Shown here one piece after another: positions 16,521 through 25,608 of a stretch of DNA of 64,000 bases. Each line of letters opens with the position of its first letter. The first letter of the stretch is position 1. A program made the translations under genes and the position numbers. The notes under the pieces are model-generated. The model saw only the letters and a list, made by a program, of their open reading frames with translations. It ran no database searches and had not been told where the DNA came from. The stretch covers positions 1,324 through 65,323 of the forward strand of contig DVOI01000040.1 of the NCBI GenBank assembly GCA_018713665.1. The letters are read 5' to 3'. This DNA is from Candidatus Ornithoclostridium faecigallinarum (GTDB taxonomy: Bacteria > Bacillota > Clostridia > Christensenellales > UBA3700).

Positions 16521-18467
16521 TCACTTTTGCCTCTGTGTGAGCTGCTTGTCGAAGAACTTCCCGTCGGGATAGCTCATCACAAACGCGCCCGTGCTGCTCC
16601 ACGCTTGGAGCAGGCTGCCTTGGCTGTGCAGCGGCGAATAGAACTCGACCGGCGTGTAGTTGCCCTTGTCGAAGTTGTACTCGAACCAGCGCGTCATCGG
16701 ATAGACATAGTCCATGCCGTGCATCAATTTCGCGTATGCGTAGACGCCGGACAGATAGGGCCAGTCTCCGCCGTTGTGATAGTAGTACGGCAGCGACGAC
16801 TTTTGAACGATGTCGGCGGCGCGCTTGTAGAACGGATATACGCTCAAAGTGCCCCAATCGCCGGCGATCTGCTCTTTGTTCTTGTCCGATTCGAGATATC
16901 TCTCCATGTTGGCGAGCACCGACTTCGCCCTGTCGCCCTCGCACAGACCGAACAGCACCATCGGCACGGTGTCGATGGACAGGTTGTCCTCGACAAAATC
17001 GCCGTCTTTATAGTTGACGTACCAGCCCTTGCTCTCGTCCCAAAGCAGGTCGTTGATCGCCTTCTTGACCTTGACGTACTTGGCGTACCAGCCGTCGCCC
17101 GAGACGCCGATGATGTCCGAAAGTTCCGCCATCGCGAACAGCGCGCGTGCGTAGAGCGCCTCATCGTAGGTTACGTAGCCTCCGCGGAAGACGTTGTCGC
17201 ACCAGTCGCGGCGGTTGTATTCTCCGCCCTTGACCAGCAAGCCCGTTTCGTCCGTCTCCTCGGCGAGCCTGTCCAGCACGAGCCTCGCCGCGTCGTAGAC
17301 GGTGCCGCACGCGCACTCCTCTTTGAGCACGGACGTGTCGCCGGTGTGGCGGACGTAGTCGTACAGCATGATCACAAAGAAGGACGGCGAATCGTAGTGA
17401 TTGCCCCAATAGTTGCGGAAGTTGAACTTGACCGCGGACGGGCACTCGCCCTTCTTGCTGATGCCGCCGGCGAGAGTCATGATCTCGTTGCGGACGAGCG
17501 CGGGACGCACCGGAAGCACGGACAATATCGTCCAATATGCGTCGCGGTAGTAAGTCCTTGCCGGGAACTGATAGACGATGCCGGCGAGGAAACCCTTGAA
17601 CTTGCCCAATTCCTTATAGTTGGACAGCGAGCAGTTGAGCAGCGAACGGTAGTAGGCGTCGGCGAACTCCTTGCCCTTGACCTCGGCGACCTTGCCGCCG
17701 TCGGGGCAGGCAAGCTCCTCTATGTATTTGTCCGCCTCGGCGAGCGCTTCGTCAAAGCGGTCGAACGCCTCGTCCACGCTGCTGAACGTATAGTCGTTGC
17801 GCGTGCCCGCGCTGACGACGTAGCGGAACTTCTTGACCTCGCCCTCGGCGAGCTTTGCGCCGTGCGCGAATTGGTTGTGGAAACCTCTCTCGTGTTCGAG
17901 CGCGACCGCGTTGTCGCTGATCGCGAAGTCGATATAGAAATCGCCCAGCACGTCGCCGTGCAGCCTGCTGTGTCCGCCGACGGACGTCAACCCGTTGCGC
18001 TTGCTCCTGACAAAGCCCGCAAGAAGGGTCGCGATCGTCTTTGCGCTGAGCCTGTTGGCGAGCAGCTGCTCAACGTACGAGCTGTAATTGATGCCGAAGT
18101 TGACGGTGTCCGAGAACTCGATCGCCTGCTTCGCCTCGACCTCGGTCTGTACAAAGATCGCGTTGGTCCCCGCGTCGAGGAACTGGGTGATCTTGATGTC
18201 GCACTTGGCGTGTTTGATCTCGGTGACCTGCTTTTTTCCGCACATGTATACGGTTTTCGGCTCCGACCAATCGAGGGGGACGCCGTCGACCGAATAGATG
18301 GAATAGTAGTTGCTGAACACCGAGAACTTGTTCATGACCGCATACTTGGAGATCGCTCCCCTGCCGTCGAACTGCGCGGTGATGCGGTTGTTGCTGACGT
18401 CGTAGTAGGTGATGTCGGCGAGCACGCCGTCGACGACCATCGCTCCGTCTTTGAAAGATCTCTTCAT
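16521..18467 (-). CDS. Glycoside hydrolase with an (alpha/alpha)6-barrel catalytic domain (GDE_C / GH63-like fold); specificity unknown
   Basis: RDWCDNVFRGGYVTYDEALY, YYHNGGDWPY and SLLQAWSSTG resemble the six-hairpin glycosidase family. The start forms an ATGA overlap with the upstream gene. Confidence 0.65.
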   Translation of the reverse strand: MKRSFKDGAMVVDGVLADITYYDVSNNRITAQFDGRGAISKYAVMNKFSVFSNYYSIYSVDGVPLDWSEPKTVYMCGKKQVTEIKHAKCDIKITQFLDAGTNAIFVQTEVEAKQAIEFSDTVNFGINYSSYVEQLLANRLSAKTIATLLAGFVRSKRNGLTSVGGHSRLHGDVLGDFYIDFAISDNAVALEHERGFHNQFAHGAKLAEGEVKKFRYVVSAGTRNDYTFSSVDEAFDRFDEALAEADKYIEELACPDGGKVAEVKGKEFADAYYRSLLNCSLSNYKELGKFKGFLAGIVYQFPARTYYRDAYWTILSVLPVRPALVRNEIMTLAGGISKKGECPSAVKFNFRNYWGNHYDSPSFFVIMLYDYVRHTGDTSVLKEECACGTVYDAARLVLDRLAEETDETGLLVKGGEYNRRDWCDNVFRGGYVTYDEALYARALFAMAELSDIIGVSGDGWYAKYVKVKKAINDLLWDESKGWYVNYKDGDFVEDNLSIDTVPMVLFGLCEGDRAKSVLANMERYLESDKNKEQIAGDWGTLSVYPFYKRAADIVQKSSLPYYYHNGGDWPYLSGVYAYAKLMHGMDYVYPMTRWFEYNFDKGNYTPVEFYSPLHSQGSLLQAWSSTGAFVMSYPDGKFFDKQLTQRQK

Positions 18468-19633
18468 GCCTGTTTCACTCCGCCGTTTTTCTCTTCTTCG
18501 ACGCGCTTGTTGAGTTCGGCTATGTACGCTTCTTCGTCTATCGGATAGACGACCTGCTTGCCCGTCCAGCCGGACAGGTGGATCGCGTTGCTGAACGTCA
18601 AGCCGTTGAGCCCGTCGGCGTACGGCGCGATCAGCTTGTCCTCTTTGCCCAGCACGACGAGCGAGAAGTTGCGGATGACGTTGATGTGCTGCTGCTCGAT
18701 CGCACCTTTGATCATGTCGATGAGGTTGAGCTTGTACCTGTATGTCTTGGTCGGGATCTTGCCCATGAACACCTTGTTCTCGGCAGAGAATTGCGGCTCG
18801 GGCACCAAGTTCTCGACAAAGGTCAGCTTCATCGTGACGTCGCTGCCGCCCTCGATGATCATCTTGCCGCCGTCGCCGGTGATCTCAAGTCTGTTGGTGC
18901 CGGGAGCGTCGTGCGTGGACGTGATGAACACGCCCTCCGCGCCGCCCTCGAACTCGCAGACAGCGGTCACGTCGTTCTCGACGTTGATCTTGCGTCCGAC
19001 CGTCTTGGTCACGCTCCAAACCTTGGTGATCGGCTTGCCGGCAAGCCAGGTGAACAGGTCGAGTTGATGGGGGTCCTGATTGATCAGCACGCCGCCGCCT
19101 TCGCCCGCCCAAGTGCCGCGCCAGCCGCCTTGGTCGTAGTATGCCTGAGGTCTGTACCAATTGGTGATGATCCAGACGATGCGTTTGAGGTTGCCCAGCC
19201 TGCCCGAATCGATGATCTCCTTCGCCTTGACATACACCTTGTTTGTGCGTTGGTTGTAGAGGATGCCGAATTTGAGTTCGGGCTTTGTCTTGCCGTGCTC
19301 CGCCGCCTCGCGGACCGCCTTGGTGAACACGCCCGCCGGCTTGTCGCAAAGCACATGCTTGCCCGCGTCGAGCGCCTCGATCGCGATGCCGGGGTGCGCA
19401 TAGTGCGGAGTGTCGATGATGACCGCGTCGATCGCGTCGCTCGCGAGCATCTCCTTGTAGTCCTCAAAGACCTTGACGCCGGCGAGGTTGTCTGTTGCCC
19501 ACTGTCTGCGGTCCTCTTTGATGTCGCAGACCGCGGCGAGCACGCCGTTCTTGTCCATGCCCTTGAAGAGCCTCTTGGCATAGTTGCTTCCCTGCTTGCC
19601 TATGCCGATGATGCCGTACCTTACTTTGTCCAT
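18464..19633 (-). CDS. Gfo/Idh/MocA family NAD(P)-dependent oxidoreductase (paralog of 20603-21748)
   Basis: Rossmann start MDKVRYGIIGIGKQG. The start is set at 19633 (TAATG overlap). Shares YNQRTN...GRLG...GWRGTWAGEGGGVLINQ..HQLDL with the paralog. Confidence 0.85.
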   Translation of the reverse strand: MDKVRYGIIGIGKQGSNYAKRLFKGMDKNGVLAAVCDIKEDRRQWATDNLAGVKVFEDYKEMLASDAIDAVIIDTPHYAHPGIAIEALDAGKHVLCDKPAGVFTKAVREAAEHGKTKPELKFGILYNQRTNKVYVKAKEIIDSGRLGNLKRIVWIITNWYRPQAYYDQGGWRGTWAGEGGGVLINQDPHQLDLFTWLAGKPITKVWSVTKTVGRKINVENDVTAVCEFEGGAEGVFITSTHDAPGTNRLEITGDGGKMIIEGGSDVTMKLTFVENLVPEPQFSAENKVFMGKIPTKTYRYKLNLIDMIKGAIEQQHINVIRNFSLVVLGKEDKLIAPYADGLNGLTFSNAIHLSGWTGKQVVYPIDEEAYIAELNKRVEEEKNGGVKQA

Positions 19634-20580
19634 TATGCGTTCTCCTTCTCGACCCTGTCGAGGATGTCTTTGAGTCCCTTGTACTGCCATGTGAAGATGT
19701 CCTTGCGCGTGACCTTTTGCATGGGCGCGATGTTCTTTGCCGCGTCGATGCGCTTGAAGATCTTGTTCCACTTGCCGACATACGGCAGCATCCAGGTGAA
19801 CCAGCCGAAGATGTGGAACAGCACTTTGTGGTCGGCGTATTTGCCGGTGTGCGGTTCGAGCGTCATGAAGCCGTCGTAATGCCTGTTGACGACGAGATCG
19901 CGGATCATCTCCTCATAGCCTCCGAGCCCCAGCCCTATCGGCACTTCGACCTTCTCGGGCGAGCAGTCCTTGATGTGGTAGTAGACGACATAGTCCTTGA
20001 GCATCTCGTACGCCTTGGGCGCGTTGACGCCACATTGGATGAAGTTGGACGCGTCGTAAGCGAGCTTGAATTGAGGATCGTTGATCTCGGTGTAGAGTTG
20101 CAGACACCTTTCGGGCGTGTCGCCGTAGATGCGCTTTTCGTTCTCGTGCAGCAAGATGACGTCCTTGCCCTTGACCCTTTCGAGGAAGCCGCGCAATTTC
20201 TTGACGACCTCGGGGAAGTAGGCGTCGTAATCGCCGCCCTGCTTGACCCTGAACGAGAACATGCGGATGTACTTGCAGCCCATCAATTCGCAGATCTTGA
20301 CCAATTCGTCCAGCTTGGCGAGCTGCGACTCGTAAGCCGCGTCGTCGTACAGCCCTATCTTGCCAATCGGCGAACCTATCGACGAGAACTTGATCTCCGC
20401 CGCATCGAGACGCGGTTTGATGTCCCTCGCGAACTCTTCCGCGGTGTAGTCGGCGATGTTCTTGCCGTCGACGACGCGCGGACACAGGTATTGTTCGCCG
20501 AACTCTTTGATCAGCGCAATCTGGTCGTCCAGCTTGGAACTGACCTCGTCGTAAAAACCCGAAATTTTGACTTGTGACAT
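19633..20580 (-). CDS. Xylose-isomerase-like TIM-barrel protein (sugar phosphate isomerase/epimerase family)
   Basis: Start ATG at 20580 preceded by GGAGG. The AP_endonuc_2-like pattern includes IRMFSF, LLHENE, YDASNF and MTLEPH. Confidence 0.75.
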   Translation of the reverse strand: MSQVKISGFYDEVSSKLDDQIALIKEFGEQYLCPRVVDGKNIADYTAEEFARDIKPRLDAAEIKFSSIGSPIGKIGLYDDAAYESQLAKLDELVKICELMGCKYIRMFSFRVKQGGDYDAYFPEVVKKLRGFLERVKGKDVILLHENEKRIYGDTPERCLQLYTEINDPQFKLAYDASNFIQCGVNAPKAYEMLKDYVVYYHIKDCSPEKVEVPIGLGLGGYEEMIRDLVVNRHYDGFMTLEPHTGKYADHKVLFHIFGWFTWMLPYVGKWNKIFKRIDAAKNIAPMQKVTRKDIFTWQYKGLKDILDRVEKENA

Positions 20581-20602
20581 ATTTTCCTCCACCTTTGTTG
20601 CC

Positions 20603-21748
20603 TTATTGTTTGGGGCTTTGCGCCCTCTCTTGTTCGATCTTTTCGGCGAGCGCAGCCGCATACGCGTCCGCGTCTGCGGGAATCGTCTCTCTCTCGCCCG
20701 TCCATGCGGACATGTTCATCGCGTTGATCAGCGACAGCGCGCCCATCCCCTCTTCGCCTCTCGCGACGAGCAGCGACGGGTCTCTCTTTTCCGCCGCGGC
20801 TACGAACGCGCGCAGTACCCTGCATTGCTGCCCGTAAAACGCGTCGCAAAGATAGTTGCCGATGCCGTAGAACTTGCGCACGGTGCGATACTTTTTGTCC
20901 TCTTTGTTGCCGTAGTCGCGGCGTGAGCGCGCGTTGATCTCGCTCTCGTCCATCCTCAGCAGCTTTGCGGTCAGCATCCCTCGCGTCACGGTGAGCAGTC
21001 CCTTTGTGCCGGCGATCTCCAACCTATTGACCCCCGGCAGTTCGTGCGTCGACGCGCGGAACGAACAATCAAAGTCGCCGTAGCCGAACAGCGCGGTCAC
21101 ATCGTTCTCTGTCGTGATGTTCCTGCCGACGGTGCGGCACTTGCACGCCACGTCTTTGGGCATGCCGAGTATCCACTGCAACAGGTCGAGCTGATGCACG
21201 CATTGATTGATCAGCGTGCCGCCGCCCTCTCCCGACCAGCTCGCGCGCCAGCCGTTCATGTCATAGTAGTATTGCGAGCGGTACCAATCGGTGACGGTGA
21301 AGTCGGCGCGGATGATCTTGCCGAGCCGTCCGCTCTCGACGAGGCGCTTCGCCTGCGCGTAAAGCGGATTGGTGCGCTGGTTGTACATGATCGCAAAAAT
21401 TGCGTCCCTGTGTTTGTCTGCTGCGCTTATCAGCTCCGCCGCGTCCTTTGCCGTGACCGCGATTGGCTTTTCGACGAGGGTGTGCAGTCCGTGCTCCAAA
21501 GCGTATTTGCAGATCTCGACGTGCGAATAGTGCGGCGTCGCGACGACGACCGCCTCGGCGTCTCCCGAGTCGATCAGATCGCGGAAGTCGGCATATGCGT
21601 TGACGCGCCATTTGCGCTCCGCCTTGGCTCTGACCTCGGGATCGATGTCGCAGACCGCGCCGAGCTGTGCGCCCGGCACCGCGCCCTTGGCGAAGTTGTC
21701 CGCGTGGCGCGAGCCCATCCTTCCGACCCCGATCACCGCGACTCTCAT
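20603..21748 (-). CDS. Gfo/Idh/MocA family oxidoreductase
   Basis: MRVAVIGVGRMGSRH start at 21748 with SD GGAGGG and an ATGA overlap. The upstream part of ORF 20603-22321 overlaps the GDPD-like gene and is discarded. Confidence 0.85.
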   Translation of the reverse strand: MRVAVIGVGRMGSRHADNFAKGAVPGAQLGAVCDIDPEVRAKAERKWRVNAYADFRDLIDSGDAEAVVVATPHYSHVEICKYALEHGLHTLVEKPIAVTAKDAAELISAADKHRDAIFAIMYNQRTNPLYAQAKRLVESGRLGKIIRADFTVTDWYRSQYYYDMNGWRASWSGEGGGTLINQCVHQLDLLQWILGMPKDVACKCRTVGRNITTENDVTALFGYGDFDCSFRASTHELPGVNRLEIAGTKGLLTVTRGMLTAKLLRMDESEINARSRRDYGNKEDKKYRTVRKFYGIGNYLCDAFYGQQCRVLRAFVAAAEKRDPSLLVARGEEGMGALSLINAMNMSAWTGERETIPADADAYAAALAEKIEQERAQSPKQ

Positions 21749-22395
21749 CTCGTCCCTCCGCTCACTAGCGTCTTGCGACGGATATCTGCGGCGACGGTGG
21801 GAAGGTTGGTCGTCACGTTGGCGACGCCCCAACCTATAAAGCGCGACAGCCGTCTGTGATCGTCGAGCGTGAACACGGACAGTTTGACGCCGTTGTCGCG
21901 GCAGGCGGCGAGAAACTCGTCGGTGCCGTATTTCTTGTTGATGTTGAGCCCCGCGAAGTGGGGATTGCCCGTCTCTTCGAGCGCCTTTTTGATCGCGGGC
22001 ACGTTCGCCGCGGTGTACGGCAGCCCCTCGATCTTGTTGAGCCACGCCTGCCCTTCGGTCAATTGTGCGCTGTCGGACAGCCTGACAGCCCCTGTGAAGA
22101 TGAGGTTGTCCGTCACCCCGACATCTTCGGCGAGCTTGATCACGTCGCCGACGAGTCCGCGCATTTTGAGATCGCAATTGATCTTGTGCCCGGTGCGTTT
22201 GACAAGCTCGAACGCCTCTTCGAGCGTCACCTTCTTGCGATAGCTGAACGGCGCAGGCAAATGACTGAGGTAGAGCAAGCCGTCCTTGCGATAGATGTCC
22301 ACCTCGATCGCGTCGGCGCAATATACGCCGATGTTGTCAAAGTAGAGCCTCGTATTCCTGCCCGTGCCGAGCGCGCCTCCGTGTGCGGTGATCAT
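21745..22395 (-). CDS. Divergent glycerophosphodiester-phosphodiesterase-like (PLC-like TIM barrel) protein
   Basis: ITAHGGALG...AIEVDIYRKDGLLYLSHL aligns to the GDPD pattern AHRG...E.D....DG....HD, but with Arg replaced by Gly and HD replaced by HL. Confidence 0.6.
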   Translation of the reverse strand: MITAHGGALGTGRNTRLYFDNIGVYCADAIEVDIYRKDGLLYLSHLPAPFSYRKKVTLEEAFELVKRTGHKINCDLKMRGLVGDVIKLAEDVGVTDNLIFTGAVRLSDSAQLTEGQAWLNKIEGLPYTAANVPAIKKALEETGNPHFAGLNINKKYGTDEFLAACRDNGVKLSVFTLDDHRRLSRFIGWGVANVTTNLPTVAADIRRKTLVSGGTR

Positions 22396-22402
22396 ATCTT
22401 CC

Positions 22403-23680
22403 TTATCCCTCGATGTCCGGAATCTCGGACATATCTATCTTTTCGCCGCCGCGATGCCTTGACAGCTCCGCCGCCGCGACGATCCTGTGACTCTCGACAG
22501 TGTCGGAGATCCAGGTGTACTGCCCGTTCGGGTCGAGTTTGCCGCGGATGAGGTCCGCGGTCGCCTTGGTGATGCCCTCGTCGCCGCCGTAGTGCCCCTT
22601 GATCACGGGGATGATGTTGACGACGATCTTGCGCTTGCCCTTGTCGAACAGCCTCAACTCGATCACGCTGCCCGTATCGTCGGCGATCAATTCGCCCTTT
22701 GTGCCGCGGATCTCGGTGTGGCGGTGGTCCTTCTCGTTGAACGCGTTGGCGGTCATCACGATCTTGACGCCGTTCTCCATCTCCATGTTGACGGTCTGGC
22801 AGTCGACAACGTCGTTGTCGCAGCCGAACACGCATCTCGACCAGAGCTTGCCGCGCTCGCCGTTCTTCAAAGCGTCGATGACGTCCGCCTTTTTGGGGCT
22901 GACGCTGAACGCATAGGTGCCCCACGGGAACTTGTGCCCCTTGAGCCCTCTGCCGACATATTGATAGGTGCACTCGTAGATGCAGCTGTCTTTGTACTTG
23001 CAGTCAAAGCAGTTGTCCGCCGCGCCCTCGGGCTTGTTGGCGGAGGTGAACCAGCTGAGGTCGCCGTACGACGACAGGCTCTTGCACTTCGCGCCCGCGA
23101 ACCAATAGAGCAAATCCATGTCGTGGCAGCACTTGGCGAGCAGCATCGGAGAGGTCTCCTCTTCGCGGCGCCAATTGCCTCTGACATAGCTGTGGCAGAA
23201 ATGCCACCACGAGATGTGCTCGTCGTGCTTGATCAATTTGACCTGTCCGATCACGCCCGAGTCGAGCAGCTTTTTTATCTTGCGATAGTAGTTTGCATAT
23301 CTCAAAACATGGCAGACAAGCACTTTCCTGCCGTGCTCGCGCGCGTACTTTTCAATCTCGATGCACTCTTTGACGTCGGGGCTGACCGGCTTTTCCATCA
23401 ACAGATCGTACCCGAGCGCGAGCGCCTTCATCGCGTGACCGTAGTGGTCGCGGTCCTGAGTCGCGATCACCATGACGTCGGCGACCTTGCCCTGAGCAAA
23501 GAACTTGTCCTCATCGGTGAAGCAATGAGCGTCGTCCACGCCCCACGCGGTCTTGACGTTGTCTATCTTCGATTGATATTTGTCGCAGATCGAGACGATT
23601 TGCACGTCCGGCATCGCATTGAGGTGTCCGCCGTAATTGCGGCCTCTCGAACCGAGACCGATCACCGCGATCTTGTGCAT
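22403..23680 (-). CDS. Gfo/Idh/MocA family oxidoreductase (third, distinct subfamily)
   Basis: MHKIAVIGLGSRGRNYG Rossmann start, EKP motif (LLMEKPVS) and a Cys-rich insert. Confidence 0.85.
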   Translation of the reverse strand: MHKIAVIGLGSRGRNYGGHLNAMPDVQIVSICDKYQSKIDNVKTAWGVDDAHCFTDEDKFFAQGKVADVMVIATQDRDHYGHAMKALALGYDLLMEKPVSPDVKECIEIEKYAREHGRKVLVCHVLRYANYYRKIKKLLDSGVIGQVKLIKHDEHISWWHFCHSYVRGNWRREEETSPMLLAKCCHDMDLLYWFAGAKCKSLSSYGDLSWFTSANKPEGAADNCFDCKYKDSCIYECTYQYVGRGLKGHKFPWGTYAFSVSPKKADVIDALKNGERGKLWSRCVFGCDNDVVDCQTVNMEMENGVKIVMTANAFNEKDHRHTEIRGTKGELIADDTGSVIELRLFDKGKRKIVVNIIPVIKGHYGGDEGITKATADLIRGKLDPNGQYTWISDTVESHRIVAAAELSRHRGGEKIDMSEIPDIEG

Positions 23681-23681
23681 A

Positions 23682-24515
23682 TCAAACCCCCGAATAGGCG
23701 GAGAAGCCGCCGTCGATCGGCACGACGATGCCGGTGACGAAGCCCGCCTTTGAGTCGTCGGTCAGGAACGTCAGCGTGCCGAGGATCTCCTCCGGCTCGC
23801 CGAACCTGCCCATCGGAGTGCCGGCAAGAATCTTTTGCGCCCTCGCGGTCGGCTTGCCGTCATTGTCGAACAGCAGCCCGTAATTCTGCTTGGTGACAAA
23901 GAAGCCGGGCGCGATCGCGTTGACTCTGATGCCCTCTTTGGCGAAGTGCACCGCGAGCCACTCGGTGAAGTTGCTGACCGCCGCCTTCGCGCCGCTGTAT
24001 GCGGGGATGCGGGTGAGCGGACGGAACGCGTTCATCGACGAGACGTTGACGATGTTGCCGCCCCTGCCGATCATATCCGCCGCAAATACCTGAGTCGTGA
24101 GGAAGGTCGCGAGGAAGTTGAGCTTGAACACAAAGTCCACGCCGCCGCCGTCGAGGTCGAAGAAGCTCTTGACGTCGGGGTCTTTCATGTCTTTGATGTC
24201 AAAGTAGTCGTTGGTGGTCGTGCCCTTGGGGTTGTTGCCGCCCGCGCCGTTGATCAGGATGTCGGTGAGACCGAGCTCCTTGTTGATCAGCTCCTTTGCC
24301 GCCGCCATGCTGTCCTTTTCGAGGCAGTTGACCGCGTACGCCTTGGCGACGCCGCCGTCGGCAACGATCTCGTCCGCAACCTTTTGAGCCGCGTCCTTGT
24401 TGAGGTCGAGCACCGCTACCTTTGCGCCCAGCCTCGCATACTCTTTCGCCATCATGCTGCACAGGATGCCGCCCGCGCCGGTGATGACGACCACTTTGTC
24501 CTTGTAAACTTCCAT
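23682..24515 (-). CDS. uxuB: SDR-family oxidoreductase, probable D-mannonate/fructuronate oxidoreductase (Bacillus UxuB type)
   Basis: TGAGGILC glycine motif, NGAGGNNPKGTT, and YSGAK catalytic Tyr/Lys. Adjacent to uxuA. Confidence 0.65.
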   Translation of the reverse strand: MEVYKDKVVVITGAGGILCSMMAKEYARLGAKVAVLDLNKDAAQKVADEIVADGGVAKAYAVNCLEKDSMAAAKELINKELGLTDILINGAGGNNPKGTTTNDYFDIKDMKDPDVKSFFDLDGGGVDFVFKLNFLATFLTTQVFAADMIGRGGNIVNVSSMNAFRPLTRIPAYSGAKAAVSNFTEWLAVHFAKEGIRVNAIAPGFFVTKQNYGLLFDNDGKPTARAQKILAGTPMGRFGEPEEILGTLTFLTDDSKAGFVTGIVVPIDGGFSAYSGV

Positions 24516-24537
24516 ATTTTCTTCTCCCTTTATAATA

Positions 24538-25608
24538 TCAATATTTAACGGTCGGGACGTACTTGCCGCGAGCCTTGCCCACAGCCTCGATTATCCCGTC
24601 CAAATACATCGCGCCGAGCGCGCGGTCGTACAGACCGTAACCGGCTCTGCCCTTTTCGCCCCAGATCATCCTGCCGTGATCGGGTCTGACGTAGCCGTCG
24701 AAGTCGATGTCGTACAGCGCGTTCACGATGTCGTACATGTCCAGGCTCCCCTTGTCGGAGATGTGTCCGCTCTCCTCAAAGCAACGCTCGCCGGTGATCT
24801 TGACGTTGCGCAGATGCGCAAACGCGATCCTGTCCTTGCACGCGCCGATCATCTCGGGCAGCTTGTTGGCGGGGTCTACGCCCAGCGAACCGGTGCAGAA
24901 AGTGATGCCGTTGTACGGGCTGTCGACGATGGAGAACATGCGCTTGTAGCTCGCGCTGCCTGTGATGATGCGCGGCAGTCCGAAGATGCCCCACGGCGGA
25001 TCGTCGGGGTGGATCGCCATCCTCACGCCGTACTCCTCGGCGACGGGGATGACCTCTTTGAGGAAGGTCGCGAAGTTGCCCCACAGCTGCTCTTCGTCGA
25101 CGTCCTTATATCTGCCCAGCAGCTCTTTGAGCCCGTCTTTTGTGTAGCTCTCGTCCCAGCCGGGCAGGCTGAGCTCGCTCTTGAGCGGATCGAGCGACAG
25201 CACGGTGTCGCGGTCGTACGCGAGCGCGTTGGAGCCGTCGGGCAGCTGCTTGGCAAGGTCGCTGCGCAGCCAGTCGAACACGGGCATGAAGTTGTAGCAA
25301 ATGCACCTCACGCCGGCGTTGCCCAATCTGCGGACGTTCTCCTTGTAATTGTCGATCAGCCTCGCGGCGTCGGGACCGCCCAGCTTGATCTCTTCGTGCA
25401 CGGGCACGCTTTCGACGACTTCGAATTCCAACCCCTTGGCGTTGGCGAGCGACTTGAGCCTGTTGATGCTCTCGTTGCTCCACACCTCGCCGACCGGGGT
25501 GTCGTAGACGGCGGTGACCACGCCCGTCATGCACGGGATCTGCCTGATCGCGTCAAGCGTGATTGCGTCGTTCTCGCCGTACCAGCGGAAAGTCATTTTG
25601 AATGCCAT
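24538..25608 (-). CDS. uxuA: Mannonate dehydratase
   Basis: MTFRWYGENDAITL N-terminus and overall UxuA pattern. SD GGAGGG lies inside the uxaC 3' end. Confidence 0.92.
   Translation of the reverse strand: MAFKMTFRWYGENDAITLDAIRQIPCMTGVVTAVYDTPVGEVWSNESINRLKSLANAKGLEFEVVESVPVHEEIKLGGPDAARLIDNYKENVRRLGNAGVRCICYNFMPVFDWLRSDLAKQLPDGSNALAYDRDTVLSLDPLKSELSLPGWDESYTKDGLKELLGRYKDVDEEQLWGNFATFLKEVIPVAEEYGVRMAIHPDDPPWGIFGLPRIITGSASYKRMFSIVDSPYNGITFCTGSLGVDPANKLPEMIGACKDRIAFAHLRNVKITGERCFEESGHISDKGSLDMYDIVNALYDIDFDGYVRPDHGRMIWGEKGRAGYGLYDRALGAMYLDGIIEAVGKARGKYVPTVKY

Noticed and set aside
20603-22321. Apparent 572-aa fusion ORF. Similar long N-terminal extensions occur in ORFs 18464-19771, 52787-54742, 1867-2988 and 19633-20661.
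   Set aside because: The extensions overlap the upstream gene in another frame and are Arg-rich. Each real protein has a canonical N-terminus with SD and an ATGA/TAATG coupling further downstream, so starts were moved to 21748, 19633, 54241, 2748 and 20580.
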